Below are positions 1 to 10,659 of a stretch of 20,000 nucleotides of DNA, one piece after another. Position 1 is the first letter of the stretch, and each line of letters opens with the position of its first letter. This stretch comes from Chiloscyllium plagiosum (lineage: Eukaryota): assembly GCF_004010195.1 (NCBI RefSeq), contig NC_057753.1, positions 8,051,277-8,071,276 on the forward strand, written 5' to 3'. Both the position numbers and the translations under genes were made by a program. Below the pieces are notes generated by a model. The model had not been told where the DNA came from, searched no databases, and was given only the letters and a program-made list of their open reading frames with translations.

Positions 1-21
1 CCACACACATATAAACATTTA

Positions 22-62
22 CCAAATGTTTCCTTACCCTACTAGGTAATGTCTTCAGTGGG
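22..62 (-). ncRNA. Degenerate hammerhead ribozyme motif in the 3' pLTR
   Basis: Minus strand reads CCCA-CTGAAGA-C-ATTACC-TAGTAG-GGTAAG-GAAA-CATT-TGG. The core is intact, but the stem II closing pair and the cleavage triplet are mutated. Confidence 0.6.
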
Positions 63-757
63 CCTCAGGCAACGCAATGCTGAATATTCCTGCTTTCTAT
101 TTATATGTTTGGGTTCTTTGGATTGGTGATGTCATTTCCTGTTGTGATGTTATTTCCTGTGGTGAAGTCACTTCCTGTTCCTTTTCTCAGAGGATGGTAG
201 GATGGTCTAAATTGATTTGTTTGTTGACAGACTTCCAGTTAGAATGTCATGTTTCTGGAAATTCTCGTGCATGTCTTTGTTTGGCTTGTCCTAGGATGGA
301 TGTGTTGTCCCAGTCGAAGTGGTGTTCATCATCTTCCATATGTGAGGATACTGGTGAGAGAGTGTCATGTCTTTTTGTGGCTAGTTGGTGTTCATGTATC
401 CTGGTAGCTAGTTTTCTGCCTGTTTATCCAATGTTTGTTATGCTCCTTGCACGGTATTTTGTAAATGACATTTTCTGTATCGTGTCTTTCAATTTCATTA
501 CCTGCATTTTAAGTGTGTTGGTGGGTTTGTGGGCTACCATGATACCAAGGTGTCTGAGTAGTCTGGCAGTCATTTCCGAGATGTCTTTGATGTAGGGGAG
601 AGTGGCTAGGGTTTCTGGACGTGTTTTGTCTGTTTGTTTGGGTTCGTTGCTGAGAAATCAGCGGGCAGTGTTCACCACAGGAAATGACATCACCGAATCA
701 AAGAAACCCAAACATATGAATAGAAAGCAGAAATTTTCAGCATTGCTTCGCCTGAGG

Positions 758-799
758 CCCAATGAAGATGTTACTTAGTAGAGTAACGAAACGTCTGGA
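758..799 (+). ncRNA. Minimal type I hammerhead ribozyme motif in the inverted pLTR (first core C mutated)
   Basis: CCCA-ATGAAGA-T-GTTACT-TAGTAG-AGTAAC-GAAA-CGTC-TGG matches the CUGANGA...stem II...GAAA...NUH layout. Confidence 0.7.
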
Positions 800-1328
800 T
801 ATGAACCTTCCTCTCAGCGAGCAAACCTACATCCAAAACCTCAACCTGAGAGACAAATTTTCTCAAAAATCCCTAACACACATACCAGTATAGACACTAT
901 AATACCGACACACAAATACTGATACACAGACACAAGTGGTAGTAAAGATACACTAAAATAAAGATACTAATAAGCACATACATCAGCTCTGTCAGCTTCT
1001 CTGACTTTTCTGCACAGTTCTTCCATTTTCGATCTTTTTGCTCATTGAGTGAGGCTGCGAATAAACATGACTGTGTATCTGAAATTAGAGCGTCCCCTTC
1101 GAGGTCACTACTCGGCTGATTTCACACATTTAGTGCAGCCCCTGATTTGTGAGAAAGAGTTCGGTGGTTAGACAAAAGTGTACATTTAAATGCGTCCTTC
1201 ATATGTCTTCATGTTACCAATGTCAGAGACAGGAACCACGTGTGTTAAATGTCCCAGAATGTATCCAGTACTTTCTCATTTTGGACTCCCTCCGTATAGT
1301 AACCGGACACAACTGTACATGCAGGAGA

Positions 1329-1557
1329 AAGTGAGGACTGCAGATGCTGGAGATCAGAGCTTAAAATTGTGTTGCTGGAAAAGAGCAGCAGGTCAGGCAG
1401 CATCAAAGGAACAGGAGAATCGACATTTCGGGCATAAGACTTTCAACAGGAATGGGGAAAAGCCCTTCCTGAGGAAGGGCTTATGCCCGAAACGTCGATT
1501 CTCCTGTTCCTTTTATGCTGCCTGACCTGCTGCGCTTTTCCAGCAACATATTTTGAA
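1329..1557. mobile_element. Palindromic non-autonomous Penelope-type (pLTR-derived) element with hammerhead motifs
   Basis: Arms at ~1364-1452 and ~1466-1554 are inverted copies, and the left arm has a ~35-nt extra tail. Flanked by ACAACTGTACATGCAGGAGA (1309-1328) and ACAACTATACATGCAGCAGA (1558-1577). Confidence 0.85.
1464..1500 (+). ncRNA. Minimal hammerhead ribozyme motif, core intact
   Basis: CTGAGGA(1469-1475)-A-GGGC-TTAT-GCCC-GAAA-CGTC(1496)-GATT. Confidence 0.75.
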
Positions 1558-1590
1558 ACAACTATACATGCAGCAGATTTCATTTCTGAC

Positions 1591-1656
1591 CCAAAGCTCG
1601 TGCTTCCAAATAAACCTGTTGGACTATAGCCTGGTGTTGTGTGATTTTTAACTTTG
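1591..1656 (+). repeat. Fragment of another abundant shark short repeat (probably pLTR-derived), truncated at its ribozyme end
   Basis: AAAGCTCGTGCTTCCAAATAAACCTGTTGGACTATAGCCTGGTGTTGTGTGATTTTTAACTTTGT resembles a common shark repeat as I recall it. Not verified by search. Confidence 0.5.
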
Positions 1657-1806
1657 TTGTATTTGATGCTGAGTTACAGAAAATGGCGTGAGAACCTTTT
1701 ACATTCCAGTGCAGAGAAATGCAATGATCTTTTTTTAAAGAGAAAGTGAAGACCTGAGGGCTGGGAAATGAGGGAAAAGGAACATTTTGATCACTGCTGT
1801 ATAAGT

Positions 1807-2127
1807 ATTAGATGAGATTAGATTCCCCACAGTTTGGAAACAGGGCCTTCGTCCCAACAATTCCACAGCGACCCTTCGAATAGTAACCCACTCAAACCCA
1901 TTTCGCTCTGACCAATGCAACTAACACTAGGGCAATTTAGCATAGCCAATTCATCTAAACTGAACATCTTTGGACTGTGGGAGGAAACCGGAGCACCCGG
2001 AGGAAACCCACGCAGACACGGGGAGAATGCGCAAACTCCACACAGACAGTCACCCGAGGCTCGAATCGAGCCTGGGGCGCTGGTGCTAAGAGGCAGCAGT
2101 GCTAACCACTGAGCCACCGTGCCGCCC
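1807..2127 (-). mobile_element. HE1-like tRNA-derived V-SINE, full length
   Basis: Minus strand has GGGCGGCACGGTGGCTCAGTGGTTAGCACTGCTGCC (A box), GGCTCGATTCGAGCC (B box), V-domain GTGGGTTTCCTCCGGGTGCTCCGGTTTCCTCCCACA and a CR1/HER1-type tail ending in AATCT-like repeats. Confidence 0.95.
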
Positions 2128-2134
2128 AATTGTG

Positions 2135-2462
2135 CACAGAATCATCGAATCAGTGTGGAAACAGGCCATCAGGATATCCACACAGACAATCCCAAGTGTA
2201 TTCCACCCGTACTCGCACCCCTACCTGATGAGTCTACGTTTCTCCAACTAATTCCCCCGACCTGCATCTCGCTGTACACAATGGGAAATTTTGCATGTCC
2301 AATTCACCTAACCTGCACATTTTTGGACTGTGTTGGTAAACCGGAGCACGTGGAGGAAACCCACAGACACGGGGAGAATATGTAAACTCCACACAGAAGT
2401 CGCCTGAGGTTGTAATCAAACCGGGGTTTTGAAACTGTGAAGCAGCAGTGCTAACCACGGTC
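2135..2462 (-). mobile_element. Second, more diverged V-SINE (HE1-related)
   Basis: Same head and V-domain (GTGGTTAGCACTGCTGCTTCACAG...TTCTCCCCGTGTCTGTGGGTTTCCTCCACGTGCTCCGG). Tail is CCTGTTTCCACACTGATTCGATGATTCT. Confidence 0.85.
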
Positions 2463-2589
2463 CTGTCCATATTCTTTTTAAGGAATGATTTCCTTAACAC
2501 GGAGAGAGCACAAAAATCTTTGCCCAGACAACTTGGATAGCGTCTCCCACCCATCCTCCTCCTCGAACCAAAAAAAAAGGTTCCGTGCA

Positions 2590-2937
2590 CTGGTTGGTAA
2601 GGTGATGAGAGTTCATTAGATTTTCAGGATACTTGTTGGAAATTTGGAATAGTGAGAATGGAGGTTAGGGAAGTTGAATGTTCATCCTGCAGAATGTGGG
2701 ATGTAAGATTTAACAGTACTGTCCCTGCTGACTGCATCTGTAGAAAGCACACTAAACGCCAGCTCCTTGAAAACTGCGTTAGGGATATGGAGCTGGATGA
2801 ACTTCGGATCATTTGGGAGGCACAGGGGGTTATTGACAGGAGTTCCCGGACGTTAGACCCACCTCAACGTAAAGAAAGTAGGTAGATTACCGTCAGTGGA
2901 CAGAAAGGGAACCTTCAAATAGTGCAGGCATCCCCTT
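2590..2937 (+). mobile_element. CR1 LINE 5' fragment: ORF1 N-terminal zinc finger/leucine zipper
   Basis: ORF 2652..2885 reads VECSSCRMW...CICRKHT..QLLENCVRDMELDELRII. It is homologous to 10716-11060(+) and 12560-12900(-) in this window. Confidence 0.85.
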
Positions 2938-3170
2938 CAACAACTCCACAAAGACTGGAAACTCAACAGCAAGGCACCCTTTCTTTATATATGGAGAATT
3001 CTTGCCTCGAGTACTGCCTTATTCAAAGTCAGGTTTCAAACTGACAGAACGTCTGATATTTCTCCTTTCATCTGTCAGCCAGGGCTCCTTAACTGGACCT
3101 GATTAACTGCCCCAATCAGGGAACTCATATTCTATGAGGCCCAACTATCTGACCAGTTGCAATCGCTACC
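2938..3170 (-). mobile_element. Probable solo LTR of an LTR retrotransposon
   Basis: About 230 bp with CCAATCAGGG/CTGATT(GG)-like boxes, a minus-strand ATAAAG near the 3' end and degenerate TG...CA-like ends. It resembles a shark LTR family as I recall it. Confidence 0.5.
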
Positions 3171-3559
3171 ATTTCGCTTTGTCGAAATCATAAAGATAGC
3201 TTTATTCACAATGACTGCGTTCTTTTGATAATTTGTCCTAACCTTACACTTTATAGAACTGATGGAAGGCTGAATATTACGTAAAAGCATAACATAGTGA
3301 GGAGGAACAACACTGAGCAATTCAAGTACTCAAGCCTCCTCCCCCATTTGTTACGGTCATGGCGAGTATCATCCTGGCCTCAGCTCCTTTTCACTGTCAA
3401 TTCTGCATGACCATTCATCCACACTATGTCTCAGCATGCTCTGGACGTTATAGTAGTGAATTCTACAGCTGTTTTAAATCTGCTGCACTCCATTCTAAAA
3501 CTATGAACTCTTGCCCTACTTCACCCACAAGAGATACGTTTCACTTTACATCGAGATTT

Positions 3560-4560
3560 TCAACCGATTTGATATACCTCGATTACAAACCCTCCCCCAC
3601 CCAAGTTCTTCTGAATTCCGGAGGGTACAGCTCCAAACTGCTCAATTTCACTTCCCTGGACAAACTGAATATATTTGGAATCAATATAGAGAATGCTATT
3701 TGAATTGCCTCCACTGCATCTGCATCCACACTGAAGTAAGGACACGAAACCTGTTCACAGTATTCCTGTGACGGGTTCACTCGTGTTTTGTACATATGCA
3801 GCAGCCCTTACCTACATATATGCTCCATAGCTTTCGAAATAAGTACAAATATTTCACTTGCTGTACTTATTACCGTTCCTGCCGGCATATAGTTTTTTTT
3901 TTGGCAATTCATTCAAGGGGCAAACAGATATCTCCACACCAACAGAACCTGAAATTTCTGTCTATTTCGATAATAATTTGCTTTTCTATTTCTCCAAGCA
4001 AAGTGGCTCACCTGATTCATAACACACAATTTCACTATGAAACGCCGGCCAGTGCACCTAATCAATCTATTGCCCTTGTTAGATCCACTTATTTATTCTT
4101 CAAAACTTGCATCTGCTCCTATTTTAGTGCCACATGAAACTTTGGCAATAGTACTTTCTATGCTCTTTTCCAAGTCATTAAAATAGGTTACTACTGGTGG
4201 GGGCCTCAACATTGAACAATTTAGTACACTAATCTCGCCAACCAGAATAAAAATTATGTGTGTCTGTATTTTGTGGTTTAGCCAATCGTCCACCCATGCT
4301 AATAAATTGCCTTAACGCTATGTGGTGTATTAGCATGCGTATGAATCTTTTGTGGATAACTTATCCAATGATTTTCGGAAGTCCAGTTTCACAATATCTG
4401 CACAATATCATTGGCACAACTTGCTTACAACAAATTTAACGAACTCACGAAAATTATTCAAGCACGATTTACCTTTCATAAAATTATGCTGCCTGTGATG
4501 GGCGGCTGTTTTGCCCTTGCAAATGTCCTGTTATTAACTCCTTAATAATGAATTCTGATG
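3560..4560 (-). mobile_element. Old, heavily degraded CR1 ORF2 (RT) fragment
   Basis: Minus-strand motifs are QHNFMKGKSCL (~4490-4460), DIVKLDFRKSLDK (~4400-4360), YFNDLEKSIESTIAKVSCGTKIG (degenerate YINDL..FADDTK) and EYCEQVSCPY (degenerate YCVQFWSP). Confidence 0.85.
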
Positions 4561-5012
4561 ACTTGCCTTCAGTCCAAATAGTTTGTTCAATGCCATTTAT
4601 TCCCTGGTGATATAAGGTATTCTAAGATCCTGCCCTTCTCTCGCTCTGTGCTCCCTTCTAGATCCTATGTATTGGCGACAAAGGGGAAGTAAGGATCTGA
4701 TCTGACTGACCTGGAAGAGATTTCAGTGGCTAAACGGCCGCATTGTGTTCGTTTTACAGAAACTCGGTTGACTGGATGTCCTTCTCGTGTTTACGCATTA
4801 TATTCTCGAGGGCATGAATGGTCCACTCTGGTTCCTGTGTGAAAGGATCGAAATCTGATGGAATTGTGATTTTGCTACGTAGAATTTTGTGGGGCGGAAG
4901 GGAATTGTAAAGTTCCCCCACAGCACACTTGAGGCACTCAACGTTTTGTTTTGCATCCGTGATTGTCAGAACCAGCTAGCACTGGCTGGGAAACGGGGAT
5001 ATGTTCAATATC

Positions 5013-5031
5013 TGTGCGTGTGTGTGTGTGT
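5013..5031. repeat. (TG)n microsatellite followed by a G-rich tract
   Basis: tgtgcgtgtgtgtgtgtgt. Confidence 0.85.
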
Positions 5032-6809
5032 TTGGGGGGAGGGGCGGGGAGGTGAGGGGCATGGGCGTGAGAAGAATGCCATCAGTGGAATTTGGAGAAA
5101 GGAAATGAGCGAATTCGGCATTAGTGCTATTTTACCCAACATACCTTAATATTTTCAGAGGGAAATTTTGTATGGAATTATTATTTTTAAATTAGTAGAA
5201 TTGAGATTATTGCTGCCAGAACGTCACATATACTCGAAGATCCTAAATGCATAGACCTGGAACAACCACCAGAAAGTGAAACCAAGCTTTCAATTTAAAG
5301 GAAGACAATAATATTAAATCATAACAAACAGGCAAAACATTATAATGAATTGAAATTACTGCAAAGTTACTTGACAGAAATACGTTACCGCTATAATTAC
5401 CTAAAAAATTTCAATATCTGTATTTCTATGTTATCTCAGTTTCAGATTTGGAATCATAACTGAACGTGAGTTTATTGGTACTGCCCCCAAAACGACAGGA
5501 TTTAGCTTCAGAATTCAGAGACCATCGGAAACAACAGAGGAACATTTGCATTCGTCCGAAATCAATCGAATTGCTTGAGCAGAAGACCAGGGAAAAAACA
5601 ATAATGTGAACGTTTGAGATCAGCAGTACTAATGTGTGAGTTTACATTTAATTAAACAGAAGAACCAATCAACTTAATTATTTCACTTTAAAGCACGAAT
5701 ATTTTGAATATTCACACGTTTAACAGAGCGATGGGAGATCCTTTGGAAACGTTAAATTGGAAGAGTGTGATGCTTGAGGAATTATGTGTCCAGATGTTTC
5801 TATTATCATCCTCATCGTCGCCAATTCAGCCAAAACCGTGGAATCTGTGAAAATACAGTGCATAATTATATATTTACACCCTAATCCATTTCCTTGAACT
5901 ATTACTTTGTTAGCTGCTTTCCTAGCGGAAGTATAATTTTTAAAATTGTCATTTCTGTGTAAAAATCTCTGCGTTTTATTATTTCGATACATGTGCTTCC
6001 TAAGGACAGGACATATTTTCCCAGTTGCAAAATACGCAGCTTTTATTCATAGTTTATTGGACATTAGTATCTCATTGATCATTTGAGGTAATTGGTAACA
6101 AATTATACAACCTTAAAGACATTTCACTATTACAGTATAGGCTCTAAGAGCCACGTGTCACAAAACCTGAGCCATCATTGAGTAAGAACTAATATCAGTC
6201 AACTTTCATCTTGGTTCATCACTGTGAACGTCATCATTGGTACGTGAAGAACATCATTTTTTCTCTTCAATAGCAATGCTTCATCGAAATTCTGGTTCTT
6301 CGAACATACTGCAAACCGTTGTTCTCCAACGTGTCCCTTAAAATAACGTTGACTTTACTTTGAGCGACATACTGCAGTTTGAATTTGTCCTGTAATGTTT
6401 GCACATTTCTTCATGTGCCTCTCTTGCTTCGCCTTCCCGTTTTCTCGCTATCCATATACGTGTATCTGCGTTAATAGGGGCATCCTTGTGCCATGAATAT
6501 CTGTGTTTCCTCAACGCCAGCGTGTGTATGAATCCTTGAATGAATTTCATCATGTTTAGTGCCTGATTAATAATTATTAATAGATGTGTGAATGTTCATA
6601 AATCTACAGCTATTGAAATCCATACTATTTTGCTTCTTAACTGATGTGGAATATATTCACAGTGAAGACCCAAGAAAATGTAAACGTATTGACTTGTGCA
6701 GTTTCTTTTGAAGAAGTTAAAGAGAGCAATTTAAATCGAGAAGACAGGCAAGAGCACAACAGGGAATGAGAGACGTAGCATGAATTATACTGCCCTTGTT
6801 CGGACTTGA

Positions 6810-7600
6810 GGTGCAAGGCAAATGACCTCGGAGAATGGTTGGGAACATGGGACTGGGATATCATAGATATTACAGAAACACGACTGAGGGACGATCAGGG
6901 CTATCAACTTAATTTTCCAGGGTACAGATGCTATGGAAGGAGAGAAGCCAATGCAACAGAACAGGCGAAGTGTTATTTTTATTTGGGCAAATATAAGCCG
7001 CAGTGCTTCGAGAATAAACTTCTGGGGGATCATCGTGTGAACATATATTGGGGGAACTACGAAGAAAAAAGAAGTTAATCTAAGTCATGGAATTATATAT
7101 TGCTCCTCAACGCTCTCCCAATAGTTAGTGGGAAATTGAAAAACAAATATTGAGGGAGATTGCACACAGTTTTAACAGCAGTACCATGTAAGAGTAGGGA
7201 ATTTAACTTTCAAACGTGGACTCGGACTGTGGCAGATTTAATGACCTAGATAGGGCTAAGTTGTTTCAGTGTGTACTGGAAAACTTTCTCAATCAATATG
7301 AAGGCGACCCTACGAGAAAAAATACTCAACGTTTTCTTGGGAAATAAGGCAGGAAGAGACGAATAAATGGTCAATATTTTGAACAAGTGACAATAATTAT
7401 ATCAGTTTAAAAATAGTGAGGGAATTGGATATGCCTCGTCCACAAGTTGATGTTTTAAATTGTGGCAGGTTCAATTTTAATGGTATTCGGCAGGAACTTC
7501 CAAAAGATGATTGGAAGGAGCCATTCGCAGGTAAAGTATACCGTGGCCGGTGAGAGGTTTTCAAAACCAAGGCAACGCGTTTGCAGATCAGTTATTTCCT
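6810..7600 (+). mobile_element. Old CR1 ORF2 N-terminal AP-endonuclease fragment
   Basis: KANDLGEWLGTWDWDIIDITETRLRDDQGYQLNFPGYRCYGRRE, followed by VGEFNF (GDFN-like) and further degenerate EN motifs. Confidence 0.88.
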
Positions 7601-7619
7601 CTCGTTGCGAAGTTTAATG

Positions 7620-7880
7620 TTGCACAGACTACTTTTGCGTTGGTAGATAAAGTGTAGGGGATCGAGGTAGGTTGGGAGACCAGAGTTGATGTGGGCCTTT
7701 AACCAGCCTCGAGATACACATCATGATTATGACCGTCTAAACCACTGAGCGATCGTCATTAAGGCACGTTGCAGGTGATTTATTAGGTACTGGATAATGA
7801 TGGTCTTCTATAAGAATGTGGGGACTTCGGCTTATTGGAAGGAGTGTATGTAATATCAACTGATATTTCTATTATCAACT
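7620..7880 (-). mobile_element. Rex1/Babar-like LINE RT fragment
   Basis: Minus strand with frameshifts reads VPTFL*KTIII(P)VPNKSPATCLNDDRSVV*TVIIMMCISRLVK(A)HINSGLPTYLDPLHFIYQRKSS. This matches the Rex1-type 'CLNDYRPVALT..MKCFERLV...LDPLQFAY'. Confidence 0.8.
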
Positions 7881-7959
7881 GCGATGTGTAAAGTGCCAGA
7901 AGATTGAAGATTGGGTAATGTGCAATTATTTAAGAAATTTTGCGAGGAAAGCCGCTGAA

Positions 7960-8242
7960 CTACAGTGGGAACAGTGTTTAGCACTGCCGCCTCACATCAC
8001 CAGAGTCCCGGGTTCAATTCCCGACTCAGGCAACTGTCTGTGTGGATTTTCCAAATTCTCTCCGTGTCGATGTGGGTTTCCTCCCACTGTGCAGGTGAGG
8101 TGAATTGGCCATGCTAAATTGCCTGTAGTGTTCAGTGAACGCATAAATGTAGTGGAATGGATCTGGGTGGGTGCTGTTCGGAGGGTCTGTGTGTACTTGG
8201 GCACAAGGGCCTCTTTCCACGCTGTAAGTAATCTAATCTTAA
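7960..8242 (+). mobile_element. HE1-like V-SINE with an internal deletion
   Basis: TTAGCACTGCCGCCTCAC...GGGTTCAATTCCCG (B box)...GTGGGTTTCCTCCCAC...GAATTGGCCATGCTAAATTGCC...tail TAATCTAATCT. Confidence 0.92.
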
Positions 8243-8256
8243 CTCATTCAAAGATC

Positions 8257-8478
8257 AGTGAGCCACATGACATTGTTGAGTAAGTTGTAGGAGGTGATTC
8301 TAAAAGACAGGTGCAATTGGAAAGAAAAGGAATGGTTGGGGATTGTCAGGACTGTTTTGTGCGACTCATAAACTGATTTTTTAAAAAAATGTGGTCAAAA
8401 AGATTAATGAAGGCAGAGCGATTGACATGTGACACATGGACTTCAGTTGGCCATTTGACAATGTACCGCATAATGAGT
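8257..8478 (+). mobile_element. Old CR1 RT fragment, ending at the VPH motif
   Basis: KKINEGRAIDM*HMDFSWPFDNVPH is a degenerate DEGRAVDVVYMDFSKAFDKVPH. Confidence 0.82.
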
Positions 8479-9158
8479 ACATGGAACATGAAAATACAGA
8501 ATACAACTTAGAACAGGCCTTTCGGCACAGGATGTTGTAACGCGGATTATTCCTCATCTAAAATAAAGTAAGCTAATATCCGTACACAACTCTTAACTCA
8601 CCGCTGTCCATCTGCATGTCCAGCAGTAGCTTAAATTTCCTAATGACTCTGCTTCCACCACTATCGCTGACAACGCATTCCATGCATTTACAACTCTCTG
8701 CGTAAAGGACATTCCTCTGACGTCTCCACTATACCAATCTCCTACTATCTTAAAACGACAACCACTTGTGCCAGTCAATGCTTCCTGGGGAAAGGTCTGT
8801 GACTATTATTCTATCCATGCTTCTCATTAGCTTGTCTACCTCGATCAGGTCACGTCTGTCCCTCCTTCTTTCCAGAGAGAAAGGTCCGAGCTTATAGACA
8901 ATATCCAATAGACAATAGGTGAGGAGTAGGCCATTCTGCCCTTCGAGCCAGCACCACCATTCATTATGATCATGGCTGACCATCCTCAATCGGAATCCTA
9001 TTCCTGCCTTATCCCCATAACCCTAGTTTCCACTATCATTAAGAGCTCTATCCAACTCTTTCTTGAAAGTATGCAGAGACTTGGCCTCAACAGCCTTCTG
9101 GGACACAGCATTCCACACACTCACCACTTTCTGGGTGAAGGATTTTCTCCTCAACCTC

Positions 9159-9195
9159 AATTCCTGAAGAAGGGCTTATGCCCGAAACGTCGATT
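9159..9195 (+). ncRNA. Minimal hammerhead ribozyme motif, core intact
   Basis: AATTC-CTGAAGA(9164-9170)-A-GGGC-TTAT-GCCC-GAAA-CGTC(9191)-GATT. Confidence 0.78.
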
Positions 9196-9257
9196 CTCCT
9201 GTTCCTTGGATGCTGCCTGACCTGCTGCGCTTTTCCAGCAACACATTTCCAGCTCTG
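9160..9257 (+). mobile_element. Single-arm copy of the hammerhead-bearing short element
   Basis: Near-identical to 1466-1554. Flanked by CTCAACCTCA (9150-9159) and CTCAATCTCA (9258-9267). Confidence 0.88.
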
Positions 9258-10539
9258 CTCAATCTCAGTCAACCTTAGCCAACCTCTGGTCGGAAGACAA
9301 GCCCTCCAGTCCAGGCAGCATCCCACTAAACCTTCTTTGCACCCTCTTTAAAGACTCCGTATTTTTCATGTAATGGGGCGATCCGAACTGGACACAATAT
9401 TTCAAGCGTGATCTCACCAGGGTCTTGTGGAGCTGCAGCAAAACCTTGCGGCTGTTAAACTCGATCCCCCTGTTGATGAAAGCCAAAACACCATATCCTT
9501 TCTGAACAACCCTATCGACGTGGGTGGCAACTTTGAGGGATCTATGTACTTGCACACCCAAATCCCTCTGTTCCGCCACACTGCCAAGAATCCTGTCTCT
9601 AATCCTATATTCAGCATTCGAGTTCGACCTTCCAAAATGCATCACTTCGCATTTATCCAGGTTGAATTCCATCTTCCATTTCTCAGCCCAGTTCTGCTTG
9701 CTGTCTATGTCATGCTGCAGCCTGCAATAACCCTCGGCACTGTCAACGGCACCTTCAATCTTTGTGTCATCGGCAAATATACTAACACACCCCTCAAACT
9801 CCTCATCCAAGTAATTTATAAAAACTACAAAGAACAGAGGCCCAAGAACAGACCTCTGCGGGACAACACTCACCACTGACCTCCAGGCAGAATACTTTCC
9901 ATCTACAACTACTGTCTGCCTTCTGTCAGCCAACTAGTCCTGAATCCAGACAGCCACATCCCCCTGTATCGCATACCTCCTGACTTAAGAATGAGCCTAC
10001 CAAAGGAAACCTTATCAAAAGCCTTGCTGAAGCTTATATACACCATGTTCACTGCTCAAACTTCATCGACCGTTCTCGTTATCTCCTCAAATTACTCAAT
10101 AAGATTTTTTAGGCATGACCTGACCCTCACAAAGCCATGTTCACTGCCTTTAATCACGCTATTACTTTCCAAATAGTCATAAGTCCTATCCCTCAGAATT
10201 CTTTCCAAAACTTTGCCGACCACAGATATAAGACTGATGGTTTGTAATTGCCAGGGATTTCTCTACTCCCCTTCTTGAAATGAGGAACAACATTTGCCTC
10301 CCTCCAATCGTTTGCTACGACTACCGTGGAGAGTGAGGAAACAAAGATCGTCGCCAACGGCTTAGAAACCTCCTTTCTTGCTTGCCGGAGCAACTTAGGA
10401 TACATCTGGTCTGGCCTTGGCGACTTATCAATCTTAATGTTCGTCAAAGTTTCCAGCATATCACCTTCATCAATCTTGATCTGTTCAAGCCTGCTTCCAA
10501 GCTCCTCAAAGTTCTCATTCACAACAAGGTCCCTTTCCC

Positions 10540-10566
10540 TATATATATATATATATATATATATAT
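10540..10566. repeat. (TA)n microsatellite
   Basis: Perfect TA run close to the CR1 breakpoint. Confidence 0.95.
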
Positions 10567-10659
10567 CTCCCACCCGCCCTCCTCCTCTAACCTAGTTAAT
10601 ATGGTAAGGTTCATTCTAAACTTCCTCTATTGAATATAAGCTTGTTATTAATTTTATAG

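Larger units (their letters stand above)
16..872 (-). mobile_element. Penelope-like retroelement, 5'-truncated: RT thumb/linker plus GIY-YIG endonuclease remnant, with a 3' pLTR (16-147) and an inverted pLTR (673-~870)
   Basis: Minus-strand translation of ~672-195, with stops and frameshifts, gives TLPYIKDISEMTARLLRHLGIMVAHKPTNTLK...NVIYKIPCKEHNKH(Y)IG*TGRKLATRIHEH...HHFDWDNTSILGQAKQRHAREF, the typical PLE GIY-YIG signature. 673-804 is the reverse complement of 16-147. ORF 77..595(+) is only its antisense. Confidence 0.93.
8895..9270 (-). mobile_element. Short 5'-truncated CR1 3' end from a different subfamily, nested in the CR1 above
   Basis: It has its own 3' tail (CAATAGA-like repeats; GAGTAGGCCATTCTGCCCTTCGAGCC) and FTQKVVSVWNAV-type coding. 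The host CR1 reads GTCCGAGCTTA| ... |(CTTA)GCCAACCTCT across it. Confidence 0.85.
8479..10600 (-). mobile_element. CR1/HER1-like LINE, 3' half (ORF2 RT and 3' UTR), interrupted at 8895-9270
   Basis: ORF 10193..10573 (KIDKSPRPDQMYPKLL, WREANVVPHFKKG), ORF 9265..9933 (VPQRSVLGP, FADDTK, YCVQFGSP, KRVQRRF) and ORF 8593..8778 (FTQRVVNAWNAL). The 3' tail is at ~8480-8540. Confidence 0.95.

Noticed and set aside
77..595. 172-aa plus-strand ORF that looks like a hydrophobic, Cys-rich protein
   Set aside because: It is the antisense frame of the Penelope GIY-YIG remnant.
2050..2127. tRNA-like sequence with A and B boxes (also ~7960-8030)
   Set aside because: These are SINE heads followed by the V-domain, not tRNA genes.
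2225..2242. CTGATGAGTC hammerhead-like start
   Set aside because: There is no stem II partner or following GAAA, and it lies in the SINE body.
9427..9879. 150-aa plus-strand ORF
   Set aside because: It is antisense to the CR1 RT.
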